From a virus (taxonomy: Duplodnaviria > Heunggongvirae > Uroviricota > Caudoviricetes): a stretch of DNA of 31,403 nt. The notes beneath the pieces are model-generated. The model did no database searches and was not told where the DNA came from. It saw nothing but the letters and a program-made list of their open reading frames with translations. This document shows positions 18,370 through 28,721 of this stretch, one piece after another. The position numbers and the translations under genes were made by a program. Where the stretch lies: IMG/VR virus record IMGVR_UViG_2623620492_000013; one strand, 5' to 3'. How positions within the stretch are numbered: the stretch's first letter is position 1; each line of letters opens with the position of its first letter.

Positions 18370-18441
18370 GTTAATAATGAATGTACCGTAATCGCCTGAC
18401 CGGGCGTAATATGGCTCGACAATAAAACTCAGGGGATAAGA

Positions 18442-18816
18442 GTGAAGAAAATACTTTTGGCTTTGGCTATTCCGCTGGCTCTGGCTGGCTGCAAGCCGGG
18501 TGAAGAAAAGGCAATTTCTTTGGCGCAATCAGAAGTTTCAGCAAACCTGCTTGATCCAAGCAGTGCGCAATTCCGCAACGTGAAAGTTGCAAAAATGATG
18601 GATGCTGACGAGGGCCGGGTCTTTGCTGTAGTTTGCGGGGAAATTAACGGCAAGAACGGTTTTGGGGCCTATGCAGGGTTTCATCCATTCTTCGTTGAGC
18701 TCAAAATGAAATCGAAGGGGATGTTCTCAAAAGGTGTCGACTACACCCTTGGTGATCACTTCCTCAGCTCGAAAGATACGCCACCACCGCCGGCCTACAT
18801 CGAACGATGCCAATAA
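18442..18816 (+). CDS. Lipoprotein (moron inside the tail module)
   Basis: GTG start with AGGGGA RBS. Signal peptide with lipobox LAGC and a PPPP stretch near the C-terminus. Own terminator downstream. Confidence 0.65.
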   Translation: MKKILLALAIPLALAGCKPGEEKAISLAQSEVSANLLDPSSAQFRNVKVAKMMDADEGRVFAVVCGEINGKNGFGAYAGFHPFFVELKMKSKGMFSKGVDYTLGDHFLSSKDTPPPPAYIERCQ

Positions 18817-18835
18817 ACGACACGAATAACAAACC

Positions 18836-18860
18836 CACCAACCGGTGGGTTTTTTTATGC
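18836..18860 (+). terminator. Intrinsic terminator
   Basis: cccacc-aacc-ggtggg hairpin followed by ttttttt. Confidence 0.6.
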
Positions 18861-18873
18861 CCGGAGAAAACTG

Positions 18874-21177
18874 ATGTCTGAGAAAGCAGGCGAGATTTAT
18901 TACGACATCGAGGCCGATGTATCTGGCTTGCTCAAGGCCCAGGGAAAGGCTAATAAGTCGCTCGACTCCATCGGCAACTCGGCGACCAATGCAGCCAAAA
19001 AGATGGATGAGTTGCAGACGAACATCAACCGCGTCGCCGGGGCAATTGCCGCCTCACTCGTTGTTGACTGGGGTAAGGCGTTTCTCGTAGCTGCTGACAA
19101 CATGAGCCAGCTCAACGCGCGTATAGAGAGGCTCACTGGTAGCGCAGCGACAGCCTCGCAGACTATGCAGAATCTGATGCGCATCAGTTCGGCAACGGGT
19201 GGTTCGCTACAGGATACAGCAAAGCTGTGGGAGACTCTCAGCACGGCGTTGCGCGATACCGGAGCGACCAACGGCCAGATAATCCAGCTTACCGAAACAC
19301 TTCAGAAAATAGGTCGCATTGGCGGATCCTCGACAGAAGAAATGGCGAATGCTCTTCGTCAGTTCGGCCAGTCAATTTCATCAGGTACTGTCCGGGCGGA
19401 GGAGTTCAACTCCATCCTTGAGCAAATGCCGGAACTGGCGCGCCAGATTGCCGCCGGGATGGGTGTAAGCATCGGAGAGCTTCGTCAGCTCATGCTGGAC
19501 GGGAAACTGACGGCAGAAGATGCTCTCAACGCCATTCAGAAGCAAACCGGCTCAGTGAATGCAGAGTTCGAGAAACTCCCGCGCACGCTTTCACAGGCTA
19601 ATACCGCGCTGACAAACTCATTCCTGTCGATGATTGACTCTGTTAACCAGGCGACTGGAGCAAGCACAGGGCTGGTTGCGGTTATCGATTCAATGACTGC
19701 TGCACTCGACCGGCTGGTGGGTAAAGCGGCGTCGGCAGATGCTCAGATATCGGATCTGAACAGCACCGCTGAAATGTTTACCCGCCGCGCGCGCACCTGG
19801 TCATGGCTTGGGCTTGATGGTTGGGAGGCGCAAAACAAAGCGCTGGCCGGGCTGAGTAATAAAGCCGCCATGCTGGTTGGCGACCTGGCCGCTGTTTCCA
19901 AAGCATCGCAGACCGCGGCTAACACAAAGCCGATCGAGATTAAAACGACCGCCTCAGCTACTGGCGGCAAAGCGAAAGGCGGAAAGTCTGCTGCACAGAA
20001 AGAAGCTGAGCAATACGCTAAAGCGCAGGACTCGATAAACGAAAAATTGGAAGCCCTGAGACAAGAATCTATTCTTGCAGCAGGTTCAACCAGCGAATTA
20101 ACCCGTGAGCAGCAACTACTAAGGGCAGAGATGTCTCTTGGTGCCGATGCAACGGATGAACAGCGACAGAAGGCAAGAGAGTACAAAGCACAGGCTTTGG
20201 ATACTGCTGAAGCATTGAAAAAGCAAGCCCAGGCAGAAAGAGATAAGCAAGCTGCGCAGTCCAACTTCAGCAGCCTACAAAGCCAAGCTTCTCCTGTGGC
20301 TAGCGTTGAAAGCCAGTTTCAGCAGCAGATTGAGCAACTCAACCAGTACGCTGCGCTCTATCCTCAGAAAATAGCTGAGGTAGAGGCTGTAAGGGCTAGC
20401 ATTGAGGAGCAATATCGCCAAAAAAGACTCGATGCTCAGTGGCAAGAATTAAGTCAAATGAATATCGGCTTCGGCATGCTAACGAGTGCCGTGGATGCCT
20501 TTGGCGGAAACGCATCAAACGTCATAACTGGACTGATCACAGGAACGATGTCAGCTCAGGATGCTATGCGCTCACTCGGTAACACGATGCTGAATAGCGT
20601 GGTAAATGCGCTAGTCCAGGTTGGGGTTGAGGCTCTCAAAAACTTCATTATCGGTCAGACATTGGGCGCAGCAGCTACTGCTGCTGGAGCATCTCAGGCT
20701 GCAATCTTGGCTACAGCTTGGGCTCCTGCCGCCGCCATGGCTAGCCTCGCTTCATTTGGGGCCAACTCAGTTCCTGCCATGACAGGAATTGCTTCAACGG
20801 TAGGCCTGGCACAGGGCCTTGCTTTAACCGGTATGCGTTACAATGGCGGCCCGGTGAATGCAGGAGGTCTTTATCAGGTCGGTGAGCGAGGGAAACCTGA
20901 GATTTACCAGGCCAGTACCGGTAAGCAGTACATGATACCGGGCGACAACGGCAGGGTGATCAGCAATAAGGACATGACTTCGGGTGGAGGGGGCGGTGCT
21001 CCGATTCTCAACATCTACAACTACTCATCCGCGTCTGTAGATGCTCAGGCTACACAGAACGGTGATGGTTCATGGACGCTTGAAGCTTTTATAGCTGACA
21101 TGAATAACGGCGGCCCGGCAAGCAACGCCATTACCAGCAACATGAACGTTAAACGCACGCCAAGAGGGCAGGGCTGA
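18874..21177 (+). CDS. Tail tape measure protein
   Basis: 767 aa, Ala/Gln-rich with low-complexity helical regions and a Gly-rich segment near the C-terminus. Confidence 0.9.
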   Translation: MSEKAGEIYYDIEADVSGLLKAQGKANKSLDSIGNSATNAAKKMDELQTNINRVAGAIAASLVVDWGKAFLVAADNMSQLNARIERLTGSAATASQTMQNLMRISSATGGSLQDTAKLWETLSTALRDTGATNGQIIQLTETLQKIGRIGGSSTEEMANALRQFGQSISSGTVRAEEFNSILEQMPELARQIAAGMGVSIGELRQLMLDGKLTAEDALNAIQKQTGSVNAEFEKLPRTLSQANTALTNSFLSMIDSVNQATGASTGLVAVIDSMTAALDRLVGKAASADAQISDLNSTAEMFTRRARTWSWLGLDGWEAQNKALAGLSNKAAMLVGDLAAVSKASQTAANTKPIEIKTTASATGGKAKGGKSAAQKEAEQYAKAQDSINEKLEALRQESILAAGSTSELTREQQLLRAEMSLGADATDEQRQKAREYKAQALDTAEALKKQAQAERDKQAAQSNFSSLQSQASPVASVESQFQQQIEQLNQYAALYPQKIAEVEAVRASIEEQYRQKRLDAQWQELSQMNIGFGMLTSAVDAFGGNASNVITGLITGTMSAQDAMRSLGNTMLNSVVNALVQVGVEALKNFIIGQTLGAAATAAGASQAAILATAWAPAAAMASLASFGANSVPAMTGIASTVGLAQGLALTGMRYNGGPVNAGGLYQVGERGKPEIYQASTGKQYMIPGDNGRVISNKDMTSGGGGGAPILNIYNYSSASVDAQATQNGDGSWTLEAFIADMNNGGPASNAITSNMNVKRTPRGQG

Positions 21178-21674
21178 TGCCAATTATCGACTATCCCGAC
21201 TGGCTGCCGCTGGCGCAGAAGGCCAGCAAAAACATGACTCTCGATACCGGGTTCCAGACCGATCAGCCAGCGGTCGGCCCGGCTATCTTCGAGAATCAAA
21301 CCGACGACCTGAAAGTGACCTGGTCGCTGACGTGGATCTTCACTCTGGCTGAGGAGCGAGCATTCCAGCAGTGGCTGCGCAGCCCAAACTATCTCAACCG
21401 GGGCCTGAACTGGTTCAGGATGAATATCAATCTGGGCGGCAGTGGTCTCCAGTTGCAAGAGCTTCACTTCACGCAGATGCCGGTGCAAACCAGTATCGAC
21501 GGCGGGGTGGTGACATGGACAGGAACCGTTATTGCCAACCATCTGTACAACGCTGACGACGAGTTTGACGACGTAATTGTTGAGCTGCCGCCGCCGTGGC
21601 CTTCAGTGCTTGATATCGTGGTGACTGGCTATCCGGACGGACGCGATCCAGAAAGTCTTCCGAGGGTTCCCTGA
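21177..21674 (+). CDS. Minor tail protein
   Basis: 165 aa, coupled to the tape measure stop by TGATG. Confidence 0.6.
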   Translation: MPIIDYPDWLPLAQKASKNMTLDTGFQTDQPAVGPAIFENQTDDLKVTWSLTWIFTLAEERAFQQWLRSPNYLNRGLNWFRMNINLGGSGLQLQELHFTQMPVQTSIDGGVVTWTGTVIANHLYNADDEFDDVIVELPPPWPSVLDIVVTGYPDGRDPESLPRVP

Positions 21675-22144
21675 TGCCTTCATATCGTGAATATAATCAG
21701 AAGCGCCCGATTAGCGGCTGTTACAACACCATCACGTTCTATCACCCCTCCTTTGGTTACGTCCGCCTCGTCGACAAACAGTTCTTCCCGAAGACGCTTG
21801 GCGGCCAGACGTACACGCCTGCGCGGTTTGAAATCGAAGAGAGCCAGCAGAGCGGAACTCCGGTAATCGACGCAACGGTGAAGCTTGGGCGACTGTCTTC
21901 AGATATCAAAACGCTGATGAAGAAGTGGAGTGGTGTTTCCAGGCTGTCGCCTATCACGGCAACTCGTCAGGTTTTCGATAGAGTTGATACCTCTACGCCA
22001 ATGAAGAATTGGACATTATTTGTAAAAACTGTCGATGTTGTTTCAGATAACGCATCAGTTACTTTATCAATGACAAACCCGCTAAATAACAACATTGGCC
22101 AACCATATGATCCAGTCGAATACACGGGGCTTCAGTACCTCTGA
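21674..22144 (+). CDS. Minor tail protein (DUF1833-like)
   Basis: 156 aa, translationally coupled. Confidence 0.55.
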   Translation: MPSYREYNQKRPISGCYNTITFYHPSFGYVRLVDKQFFPKTLGGQTYTPARFEIEESQQSGTPVIDATVKLGRLSSDIKTLMKKWSGVSRLSPITATRQVFDRVDTSTPMKNWTLFVKTVDVVSDNASVTLSMTNPLNNNIGQPYDPVEYTGLQYL

Positions 22145-22523
22145 TTTTATCAGCAGGATGATCGGCGTGCCGTGGTCTAACCGCGCCTGCTCATTCGAAA
22201 AGACTGATTGCTGGGGGCTGGTTGTGCTGTATTACCGACATGTGCTCGACATTGAGCTGCACCAGACGCCGGGTTACGAAGCCGGGGAGGATTTCTTCAC
22301 CTGCTATCAGGGAGACGTCGTTTTCTGGCGCAAGGTCGATAAACCGGTCGACGGGGGGATATTTGTCGGGTACCGCGGCGCGCAACCGGCGCACGTTGGC
22401 CTGGTACTGAACCGGCAGGCGCTGCACTCGCGTGGAGAGAACGGAAGCGTGCGCATGGACTCGTTGCTGGTCATTCAGCGGGCATTCACCAAAGTGGAGT
22501 TTTTCGAATATGGCGCTGGTTGA
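22095..22523 (+). CDS. Tail-associated NlpC/P60-family peptidase (start uncertain: 22107 or 22158)
   Basis: TDCWGLV cysteine motif with a downstream His, typical of NlpC/P60 tail proteins such as lambda gpK. Confidence 0.6.
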   Translation: MANHMIQSNTRGFSTSDFISRMIGVPWSNRACSFEKTDCWGLVVLYYRHVLDIELHQTPGYEAGEDFFTCYQGDVVFWRKVDKPVDGGIFVGYRGAQPAHVGLVLNRQALHSRGENGSVRMDSLLVIQRAFTKVEFFEYGAG

Positions 22524-24987
22524 GATATCGAATTTTCCAGGAACGCCTAAGCTGCGTTGCAGGGTGCCAAACGGCACCCTTTTTTATGACTGGCTGGCGG
22601 CCAATGACGCCACTTTCCACCGCGATCTGCTGATCGTCCGCAACGGCGTAAAGCTGGGCGACGATGATGAGCTGGCGTTTGAGCTGAGCGAGCTGGACCA
22701 CATCCAGATATTCGACCAGCCAAAGGGTATTGTCGATGACATCCTGAGCCCGATCTTTAAAGTGGTTGGTCAGGTATTTTCTTTCCTGGCGCCGAAGCCA
22801 GCTATTGCAAACAACGGCGGTAATACCGTCGACTCGCCCAACAATAGCCTGACCGGTCAGACAAACACCGCGCGCGTCTACAAAGCCAAGCCGGACATCT
22901 ACGGGCAGATTCGTTCGTTCCCGGATCTGATCCAGGAATCAGTATTCGAATACGTACACCAGACTTCCACAGACGGCGGCCTGAAGTACGTCACTGAATG
23001 GATGTGTATTGGGATCGGCAAATACGATTACGAGTCTGTGCGCTACTCAGAATCAAGCCTGGGCTCTCTGGCTGGTGCCGAATTCCAGTTCTTCCAGCCA
23101 GGAGAAGTTATCCCGCAGATCGTCGAGGGATACGGGTTCGATGACGTTGACGGCCAGGAGGTTCCCGGGCAGAACGAAGCCAGCGACTTCCCGATCGAAA
23201 CAGCAACGGCAAACACGGTGGTCAGCGGAACGTATTCCGGCGGCCAGATAGCGATGAAAATCGTGAAACAAGCCGAGTTCGATTATTTCATGGGGCTGGT
23301 TCTGCCGCACGCTGTGACTTTCACCATCAACGTGACGTACAGCACGGCCTCAGGCAGCGTCACCACCGACGCGACATTCTCAGGCACGCTGATTTCAGCG
23401 GTTGAAACAAACGACGGTGCAGTGGTTAACCCGGTGCGCTGGTACACGTTTACGATGAACCAGCTCGAGGGACCACAGGACATCCCGGCGAATGCCACTA
23501 TCAACACCACGAAATTCATCCTCAACGATAACGAGGCGCTGGTGGTTGGGCCGTTCTTTTCCCCGGTCGAGTCAACGCAGCTGTGGCTGCATACCCAGTC
23601 CAGCCTCGGTGGTAAGAAGGAGACAAACTGGAAGGTTGTCATCTGGAAAATCGACGACGACTACAACCAGGTGCCGGGAACGCAGCAGACGTTTACGTAC
23701 CGGCAGACGACGCCGCACCAGTCGACGAGCGAGGTGTTTTATCGCACTGACAAGATCACTCCGACCGGCGGGTTCGGGAAATACGCGGTCAGCTTCCAGC
23801 GCACGGATAACTCCGGTGACGCGTCACTGCTGAAGGTAGAAGAGATCCACAGCATCAACATCAGGACAAACGTCGTTCACCCGACCGACACGCTTGTGCG
23901 AGTAAAAGTCCGGGCGACAGAGAACGCTCTTGGCAGCCGCGAGCGCAAATATAACGCACTGGTGACGCGCCATACCATTACGTACGACCTGGACACGCAG
24001 ACGGTGGATTACACCCTGAGGCCGTCGCGCTCGTTCGCTGATGCAGTGGCTCACACCTGGCTCATCATGGGTGAGCAGCCGGTAAGCAGCATTGACCTGT
24101 ACGGGCTGTACTCGATCGCCGAAAGCCTGCCTGATGAGCGACTGGGCTACTTCGACTACACGTTTGACGACGAGAACGACTCACTCGGCGACCGCGTGCA
24201 GGCGATCTGCAATGCGGCGTCGGTGGTGGCGTACTGGGATGACGGCGTGCTGACGTTTACTCGAGACCAGAAGGTTGATTACCCGGCGGCCGTATTCAAC
24301 CGGGCCAACATGAAGACGGACGAGTACAAAATGACGTACGAAGCTACTCTTCCAGGCGGTTATGACGGCGTGCAGGTGTCCTACGTTCACCCGACCACGA
24401 ACAACAAGACGTACATCAACTACCGCGTGCTGAACGGCGCTATCGTTGAACAGGAAGCGGAGAACCCGAACAAGCTGGAGATCGTCGGCTTCCGTAATGA
24501 GTATCAGGCCAGGGAGCGAGCTCTGCGCGAAACCAAGCGCCTGATCTACTCGCGCGTGAAGATGAACGCGAAAGTGTTTGAGGACGGCATTATCCAGGTC
24601 GGTAGCGTCATCCAGATGCCAGACATCTATGACAGCAACCAGCAGGGTGGTTACGTCACCGGCCGCTCCGGGAATGACTTCGATACCAGCGAGCCGATCA
24701 CGTTTACCGGCTCGATGTATGTGCTGGTTACCGACAGCCTGGGTAACCCAACTCTGCGTTATCCGGCCACCGCCCGTAGCGACACGAAGTACGGATTCAC
24801 CGCGGCTATCCCTAACATTCAGCTCAACATATGGAACGGTGACACTGTGCAGCTACCGTCGCGCTATCTCATCGCGACAGTGGAAGAGCTGGACAGTCAG
24901 CTATGGACGGTCAACAGCATCAAACCGAACACAGACAATACGGTTTCCCTGACGATCGCAGAGTACAGCGACGCCATCTACCAATAA
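22510..24987 (+). CDS. Tail tip / central tail fibre protein (host specificity protein)
   Basis: About 825 aa starting at the ATG overlapping the previous gene's end; last large gene of the tail block, followed by a terminator. Confidence 0.75.
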   Translation: MALVEISNFPGTPKLRCRVPNGTLFYDWLAANDATFHRDLLIVRNGVKLGDDDELAFELSELDHIQIFDQPKGIVDDILSPIFKVVGQVFSFLAPKPAIANNGGNTVDSPNNSLTGQTNTARVYKAKPDIYGQIRSFPDLIQESVFEYVHQTSTDGGLKYVTEWMCIGIGKYDYESVRYSESSLGSLAGAEFQFFQPGEVIPQIVEGYGFDDVDGQEVPGQNEASDFPIETATANTVVSGTYSGGQIAMKIVKQAEFDYFMGLVLPHAVTFTINVTYSTASGSVTTDATFSGTLISAVETNDGAVVNPVRWYTFTMNQLEGPQDIPANATINTTKFILNDNEALVVGPFFSPVESTQLWLHTQSSLGGKKETNWKVVIWKIDDDYNQVPGTQQTFTYRQTTPHQSTSEVFYRTDKITPTGGFGKYAVSFQRTDNSGDASLLKVEEIHSINIRTNVVHPTDTLVRVKVRATENALGSRERKYNALVTRHTITYDLDTQTVDYTLRPSRSFADAVAHTWLIMGEQPVSSIDLYGLYSIAESLPDERLGYFDYTFDDENDSLGDRVQAICNAASVVAYWDDGVLTFTRDQKVDYPAAVFNRANMKTDEYKMTYEATLPGGYDGVQVSYVHPTTNNKTYINYRVLNGAIVEQEAENPNKLEIVGFRNEYQARERALRETKRLIYSRVKMNAKVFEDGIIQVGSVIQMPDIYDSNQQGGYVTGRSGNDFDTSEPITFTGSMYVLVTDSLGNPTLRYPATARSDTKYGFTAAIPNIQLNIWNGDTVQLPSRYLIATVEELDSQLWTVNSIKPNTDNTVSLTIAEYSDAIYQ

Positions 24988-25007
24988 GAACCGTCCCCGA
25001 CCAACCG

Positions 25008-25035
25008 AACCCGGCCACCGCGCCGGGTTTTTTAT
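25008..25035 (+). terminator. Intrinsic terminator
   Basis: cccggc-caccgc-gccggg hairpin followed by tttttt. Confidence 0.6.
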
Positions 25036-25044
25036 GGAACTAAT

Positions 25045-27021
25045 ATGGCTACGACACCTACCAACCTGTCAGTACCGAGCGAGTCCCCCCGCGATCTGAA
25101 ATTTAACGCAGGGAAAATTGATGAATTTGTGACATCGCTGGCACTTCAGTACATTGATCGCTTTGGCAATGCTCATTACACCATCGAAGGCCTGCGCTGG
25201 ATGGCGCAGCAGGCTATTTCCCAGTATGGGTGGGTTCCGATCGGAACATTCCAGGATGGTGCAACATTAACTCTGCCTAACCAAATCCTGAAAGACACCA
25301 CCGACGGTGAATACTATCGCTGGGACGGTTCATTTTTGCCATCAGGGAAGGTTGTGCCAAATGGTTCTACGCCAGGATCAACAGGTGGGGTTGGTGTAGG
25401 TGCATGGATAAGTGTTGGTGATTCGGCATTGCGCTCAATGCTTGCTTCTGAGCAAGGAGTTTCCATGGTTGGCGGCATTGCCATGGAGCTCGACTCTCAG
25501 GCCGATTTGGCAACAAACACAACTGTTCAGGGACGGCTGGTGGCAGTAAAGAACACTGTCGGTAGTTACAATAAATACTCCATAATTCCAAACTCTGGTG
25601 TGCTTGGCGATGGCGATGTAATCATCGACAGGGTGGATGGATTGCAGGCAGAGCTTCAGATTGAAGGGGTTCTGGATGTACGGGCTTTTGCAAAGTCTGG
25701 TAGGACAGACCAACAAATAATTCAGGCGGCATTAGATTACGCTGGATCTAAATCAGGTCATTGGGTTGTTGGCTTGACGGCCAAAGATAAAACCGGAACA
25801 CCATGGAGATTCAGCACACTTAACGTACCTGACAGCACTGTTTTTCAGGGGCATGGTGGCGCTCTTAAGCTAAATGACAATGTCTGTGTCGATGCTTCAG
25901 TTAGCTATTACTTGCTGCATAACATAAACGGCAATGATGTATGGCTGGACGGGTTATATATCGATGGCAATATGAGCAATAACTCCTTGTTCACCGTTGC
26001 TGATCTTGTAACCCTCATCGGAGAAGGGTCAAAAATCACCAATTGCACCCTTATGAATGCCCCCGACTCTGGTCTAATGTTCTCAGGTGTAAAGAATGGT
26101 CTAGCGTCTGCAAACACCATCGGCAATGGCAGAGATGTTGCTATCTATGCAAATGCAAGCGCAGACGGCAGCGCAAGGAACAATGTGTTATCTGACAATG
26201 TTCTGTACGGATTCCCGGCAGGAGGAATAGGATTTAAACGTTATTTTGCTGATTGTGTAGCCAGCGGGAACGCAATTTATCTCTGTGGAAACGGCGTGAC
26301 ATTTGAGGACTTTACTGTTGAGACCGAAGGTAAATTCCCCAAAAGGATTACGCTGTCTGGTACTTTTATGCGAGACATCGGCTTTCCACACCGCGCCACT
26401 GCTAACGTAGCAGAGCGAGGAATTAGCATTCAGCGTGCCTCTGATATCAGCATCACTGGTCTTCAGACAGTTAACGTTTCTGGCAATATATTATACATTG
26501 GAAATGGCACAGATATCTGCGTTGATAACGCCATGCTTAGAGGTTATGTTGCAAGTCCACAAAGCAACGGAAATAACGGAGTGCTAGTCGTTAATGCCCA
26601 AGGAGGGCACCTGAGTAATGTGAATGTTACCGCAGTGGCAAGCAGGGCAGGATATTTCCAGACCGTTAATGGCATGTCCGTTCGTGGCGGAAGATGGGTC
26701 AGTTCAGGGACTCAGTCTGGCATCAGGGTAGATGCTACCGCTCAATTTTCAATATTTAATCCTGACTATATTTCTGGTGGATCTGGAGCTGACGAAGAGT
26801 GGTTTGAAGGAGCAACAGGGATATCGAACGGATACATCCGGGCTAATGCAACAGGCCCAGGCAGATACGGAATAAGAGAGCTTTCTGCTGGGCAGGGCAC
26901 TAACCCAAATACAAGGCTTATCCCCAGATTTATTGGAGAGAAATGCGTTACCTTGTCAGATAGCGCAATCTGGATGGCAAAAGGTATGTCTAACTCTGAT
27001 TGGGTTAAGTTATCTAACTGA
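25045..27021 (+). CDS. Tail spike protein with right-handed beta-helix domain (putative polysaccharide depolymerase)
   Basis: 658 aa. The N-terminal ~110 aa look like a conserved tail-attachment module. The rest has Gly/Asn/Val-rich repeats (GNGRDVAIYANASADGSARNNVLSDNVLYG) typical of pectate-lyase-like beta-helices, and is more AT-rich than the N-terminus. Confidence 0.75.
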   Translation: MATTPTNLSVPSESPRDLKFNAGKIDEFVTSLALQYIDRFGNAHYTIEGLRWMAQQAISQYGWVPIGTFQDGATLTLPNQILKDTTDGEYYRWDGSFLPSGKVVPNGSTPGSTGGVGVGAWISVGDSALRSMLASEQGVSMVGGIAMELDSQADLATNTTVQGRLVAVKNTVGSYNKYSIIPNSGVLGDGDVIIDRVDGLQAELQIEGVLDVRAFAKSGRTDQQIIQAALDYAGSKSGHWVVGLTAKDKTGTPWRFSTLNVPDSTVFQGHGGALKLNDNVCVDASVSYYLLHNINGNDVWLDGLYIDGNMSNNSLFTVADLVTLIGEGSKITNCTLMNAPDSGLMFSGVKNGLASANTIGNGRDVAIYANASADGSARNNVLSDNVLYGFPAGGIGFKRYFADCVASGNAIYLCGNGVTFEDFTVETEGKFPKRITLSGTFMRDIGFPHRATANVAERGISIQRASDISITGLQTVNVSGNILYIGNGTDICVDNAMLRGYVASPQSNGNNGVLVVNAQGGHLSNVNVTAVASRAGYFQTVNGMSVRGGRWVSSGTQSGIRVDATAQFSIFNPDYISGGSGADEEWFEGATGISNGYIRANATGPGRYGIRELSAGQGTNPNTRLIPRFIGEKCVTLSDSAIWMAKGMSNSDWVKLSN

Positions 27022-28255
27022 AGTCAGGCCGCTGATGCGGCCTTTTCTCTGATAAAAACTGATTTATTAACTGCATAGTGTAAATAAGCATTAATACTTG
27101 AAAAACGAAAAGTACTCTCTTGCCTGAGCCATATGCTGAAGGCGAGAACATAATCATCATCACTGACGCACACGCCAGGAGAATGGTGAAACAACTGTAA
27201 AATGCATCATTTTTACACCTGGCATTAAAAACTGCGAGGCATATCATTGAACTAATTGTCAGTAGAGTCACTGCGTGAGATATGTAAACAGTAGTTCCAG
27301 CCCAATTACTTCCTGATAGATAATTAGAGTTTACCATTCCTTTGAATATATTCGCCCCAAGGAGAAAAGATAAGAACATTATTAATTTTACGGCTACAAT
27401 CGCAGCCGAAATTGATGGCAGGACTTTAAAATCTTTTCTTTTCACATAGAGTAACAACAAAGTAAGCATAGCGATATTGATTAGTACGTTGCCAGAAGAT
27501 GATACGTGACTGCTTAAGACATCCACACCTATTGATAGTTTTTGAAAGATGCCATAGCTAACGTAATCTGGAAGCCAGTTTTTTGACTCACTAAAATATC
27601 TTAACTTATTACCGGGAGCAGAAAAAAGAATAATGGCGCAAGCAATAGTTGTAACGAACATTGCGGCTATGATTGGAGTTATCCTTTTGAGATAGATAGC
27701 TCTGCATGCTAGAAATATCAAGAAGCAGATAGATATCTGTTCGTTGAACCCAAAGTACATAGCAGGTAAAACAGAGAGTGACTTAAGTATAATATTTAAT
27801 GATTTCTCGTTAAGTACTGCATAAACAGACAGTAGGCAAAGAGTTGCTGGCATTAGATAGTTATATGACCCTGCGATCCACCATGATGCATCCGCATTAA
27901 CTTCAGGTTCTATTAAGAAAAACATAAATAAAGAAACTGTGAAAGGAATCATCGCTCCTTGCTTTTCTCGAAGAGTTATCTTACTTATAATAAAAGATAT
28001 CAAAATAACACATGCTGGTATGAAAGTTTTCCAAAAGTATTCATAACGTATTGTATAGACCATGAGAGCATCTATAGTTAATCTCCCACTCCATTTTATA
28101 TATCTGTCATATATAACATCATATACATTAGAGTTTAAAAGCAAGCGTGAGAAATTTAAATCATCTCCTGAGTGACGCAAGGATAAACCAGAAAAAAGAA
28201 ATGCAATAATAGCGATAATAAGCATGGCGGCAGTGACTTTTATGGCCACTATCAT
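27014..28255 (-). CDS. Polytopic inner-membrane protein (putative serotype-specific O-antigen glucosyltransferase, GtrC-like)
   Basis: About 413 aa, many predicted transmembrane helices, very AT-rich, last gene of an operon that begins gtrA-gtrB. Start taken at ATG 28255 (TAAAATG junction); 28282 is the alternative. Confidence 0.6.
   Translation of the reverse strand: MIVAIKVTAAMLIIAIIAFLFSGLSLRHSGDDLNFSRLLLNSNVYDVIYDRYIKWSGRLTIDALMVYTIRYEYFWKTFIPACVILISFIISKITLREKQGAMIPFTVSLFMFFLIEPEVNADASWWIAGSYNYLMPATLCLLSVYAVLNEKSLNIILKSLSVLPAMYFGFNEQISICFLIFLACRAIYLKRITPIIAAMFVTTIACAIILFSAPGNKLRYFSESKNWLPDYVSYGIFQKLSIGVDVLSSHVSSSGNVLINIAMLTLLLLYVKRKDFKVLPSISAAIVAVKLIMFLSFLLGANIFKGMVNSNYLSGSNWAGTTVYISHAVTLLTISSMICLAVFNARCKNDAFYSCFTILLACASVMMIMFSPSAYGSGKRVLFVFQVLMLIYTMQLINQFLSEKRPHQRPDFS
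27026..27047. terminator. Hairpin between the convergent tail spike and gtr genes
   Basis: aggccgc-tgat-gcggcct palindrome. It overlaps the last codons of the reverse-strand membrane protein gene. Confidence 0.45.
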
Positions 28256-28256
28256 T

Positions 28257-28721
28257 TTATTTGCATTGGTAATGGATTTCATAATTATGGAGTCCGTCGT
28301 TAATCAATATAGCAATATTGCCAGTGAATTTTTTAACCTTTTTGTTTCTTACTTGAGAGTTAAACCCAGAGCGATCATAAAGCAATGGTTTTCCAAAAGC
28401 TCGACTTACATCACTTCTTCTGGTCATTGACTTGGGTATGCGCAACCATTTATCTCCGCCTATGCCAGCATAGATATTAACACTATAAAGTGTTTGCAAA
28501 TTGTAGTTTTTTACTGCTGCCCAACCATTAACTACAAGTCTGCCGTCCTCAACCCGGCATCTATCTATATGATATATAATTCCTGAACTTGTTTTAGCAT
28601 TGTCAAATTTAAATGTCGAAACGTCTGCTTTGTTAATATAAAAATAAAAGCCAGCAGGCAACATAATAGATGTTACAAACAATCCGACAAGTAATGTTTT
28701 TACAGGTAGTGAGACCTTCAT
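28257..28721 (-). CDS. Membrane-anchored hypothetical protein in the gtr operon
   Basis: 154 aa with one N-terminal transmembrane segment and a soluble domain. Coupled to gtrB upstream (ATGA) and the membrane protein downstream. Confidence 0.55.
   Translation of the reverse strand: MKVSLPVKTLLVGLFVTSIMLPAGFYFYINKADVSTFKFDNAKTSSGIIYHIDRCRVEDGRLVVNGWAAVKNYNLQTLYSVNIYAGIGGDKWLRIPKSMTRRSDVSRAFGKPLLYDRSGFNSQVRNKKVKKFTGNIAILINDGLHNYEIHYQCK

Noticed and set aside
18345-18380. Possible -1 programmed frameshift site (A-run aaaaaaag) at the end of the tail chaperone gene
   Set aside because: The -1 frame after the A-run runs only a few codons before a stop, so no extended GT-type product can be made. 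The usual frameshift extension seems absent; the next gene is an independent lipoprotein.
23492-23833. Arg/Ser/Thr-rich alternative-frame ORF inside the tail fibre gene
   Set aside because: Low-complexity translation of an off-frame in GC-rich coding DNA; no start context.
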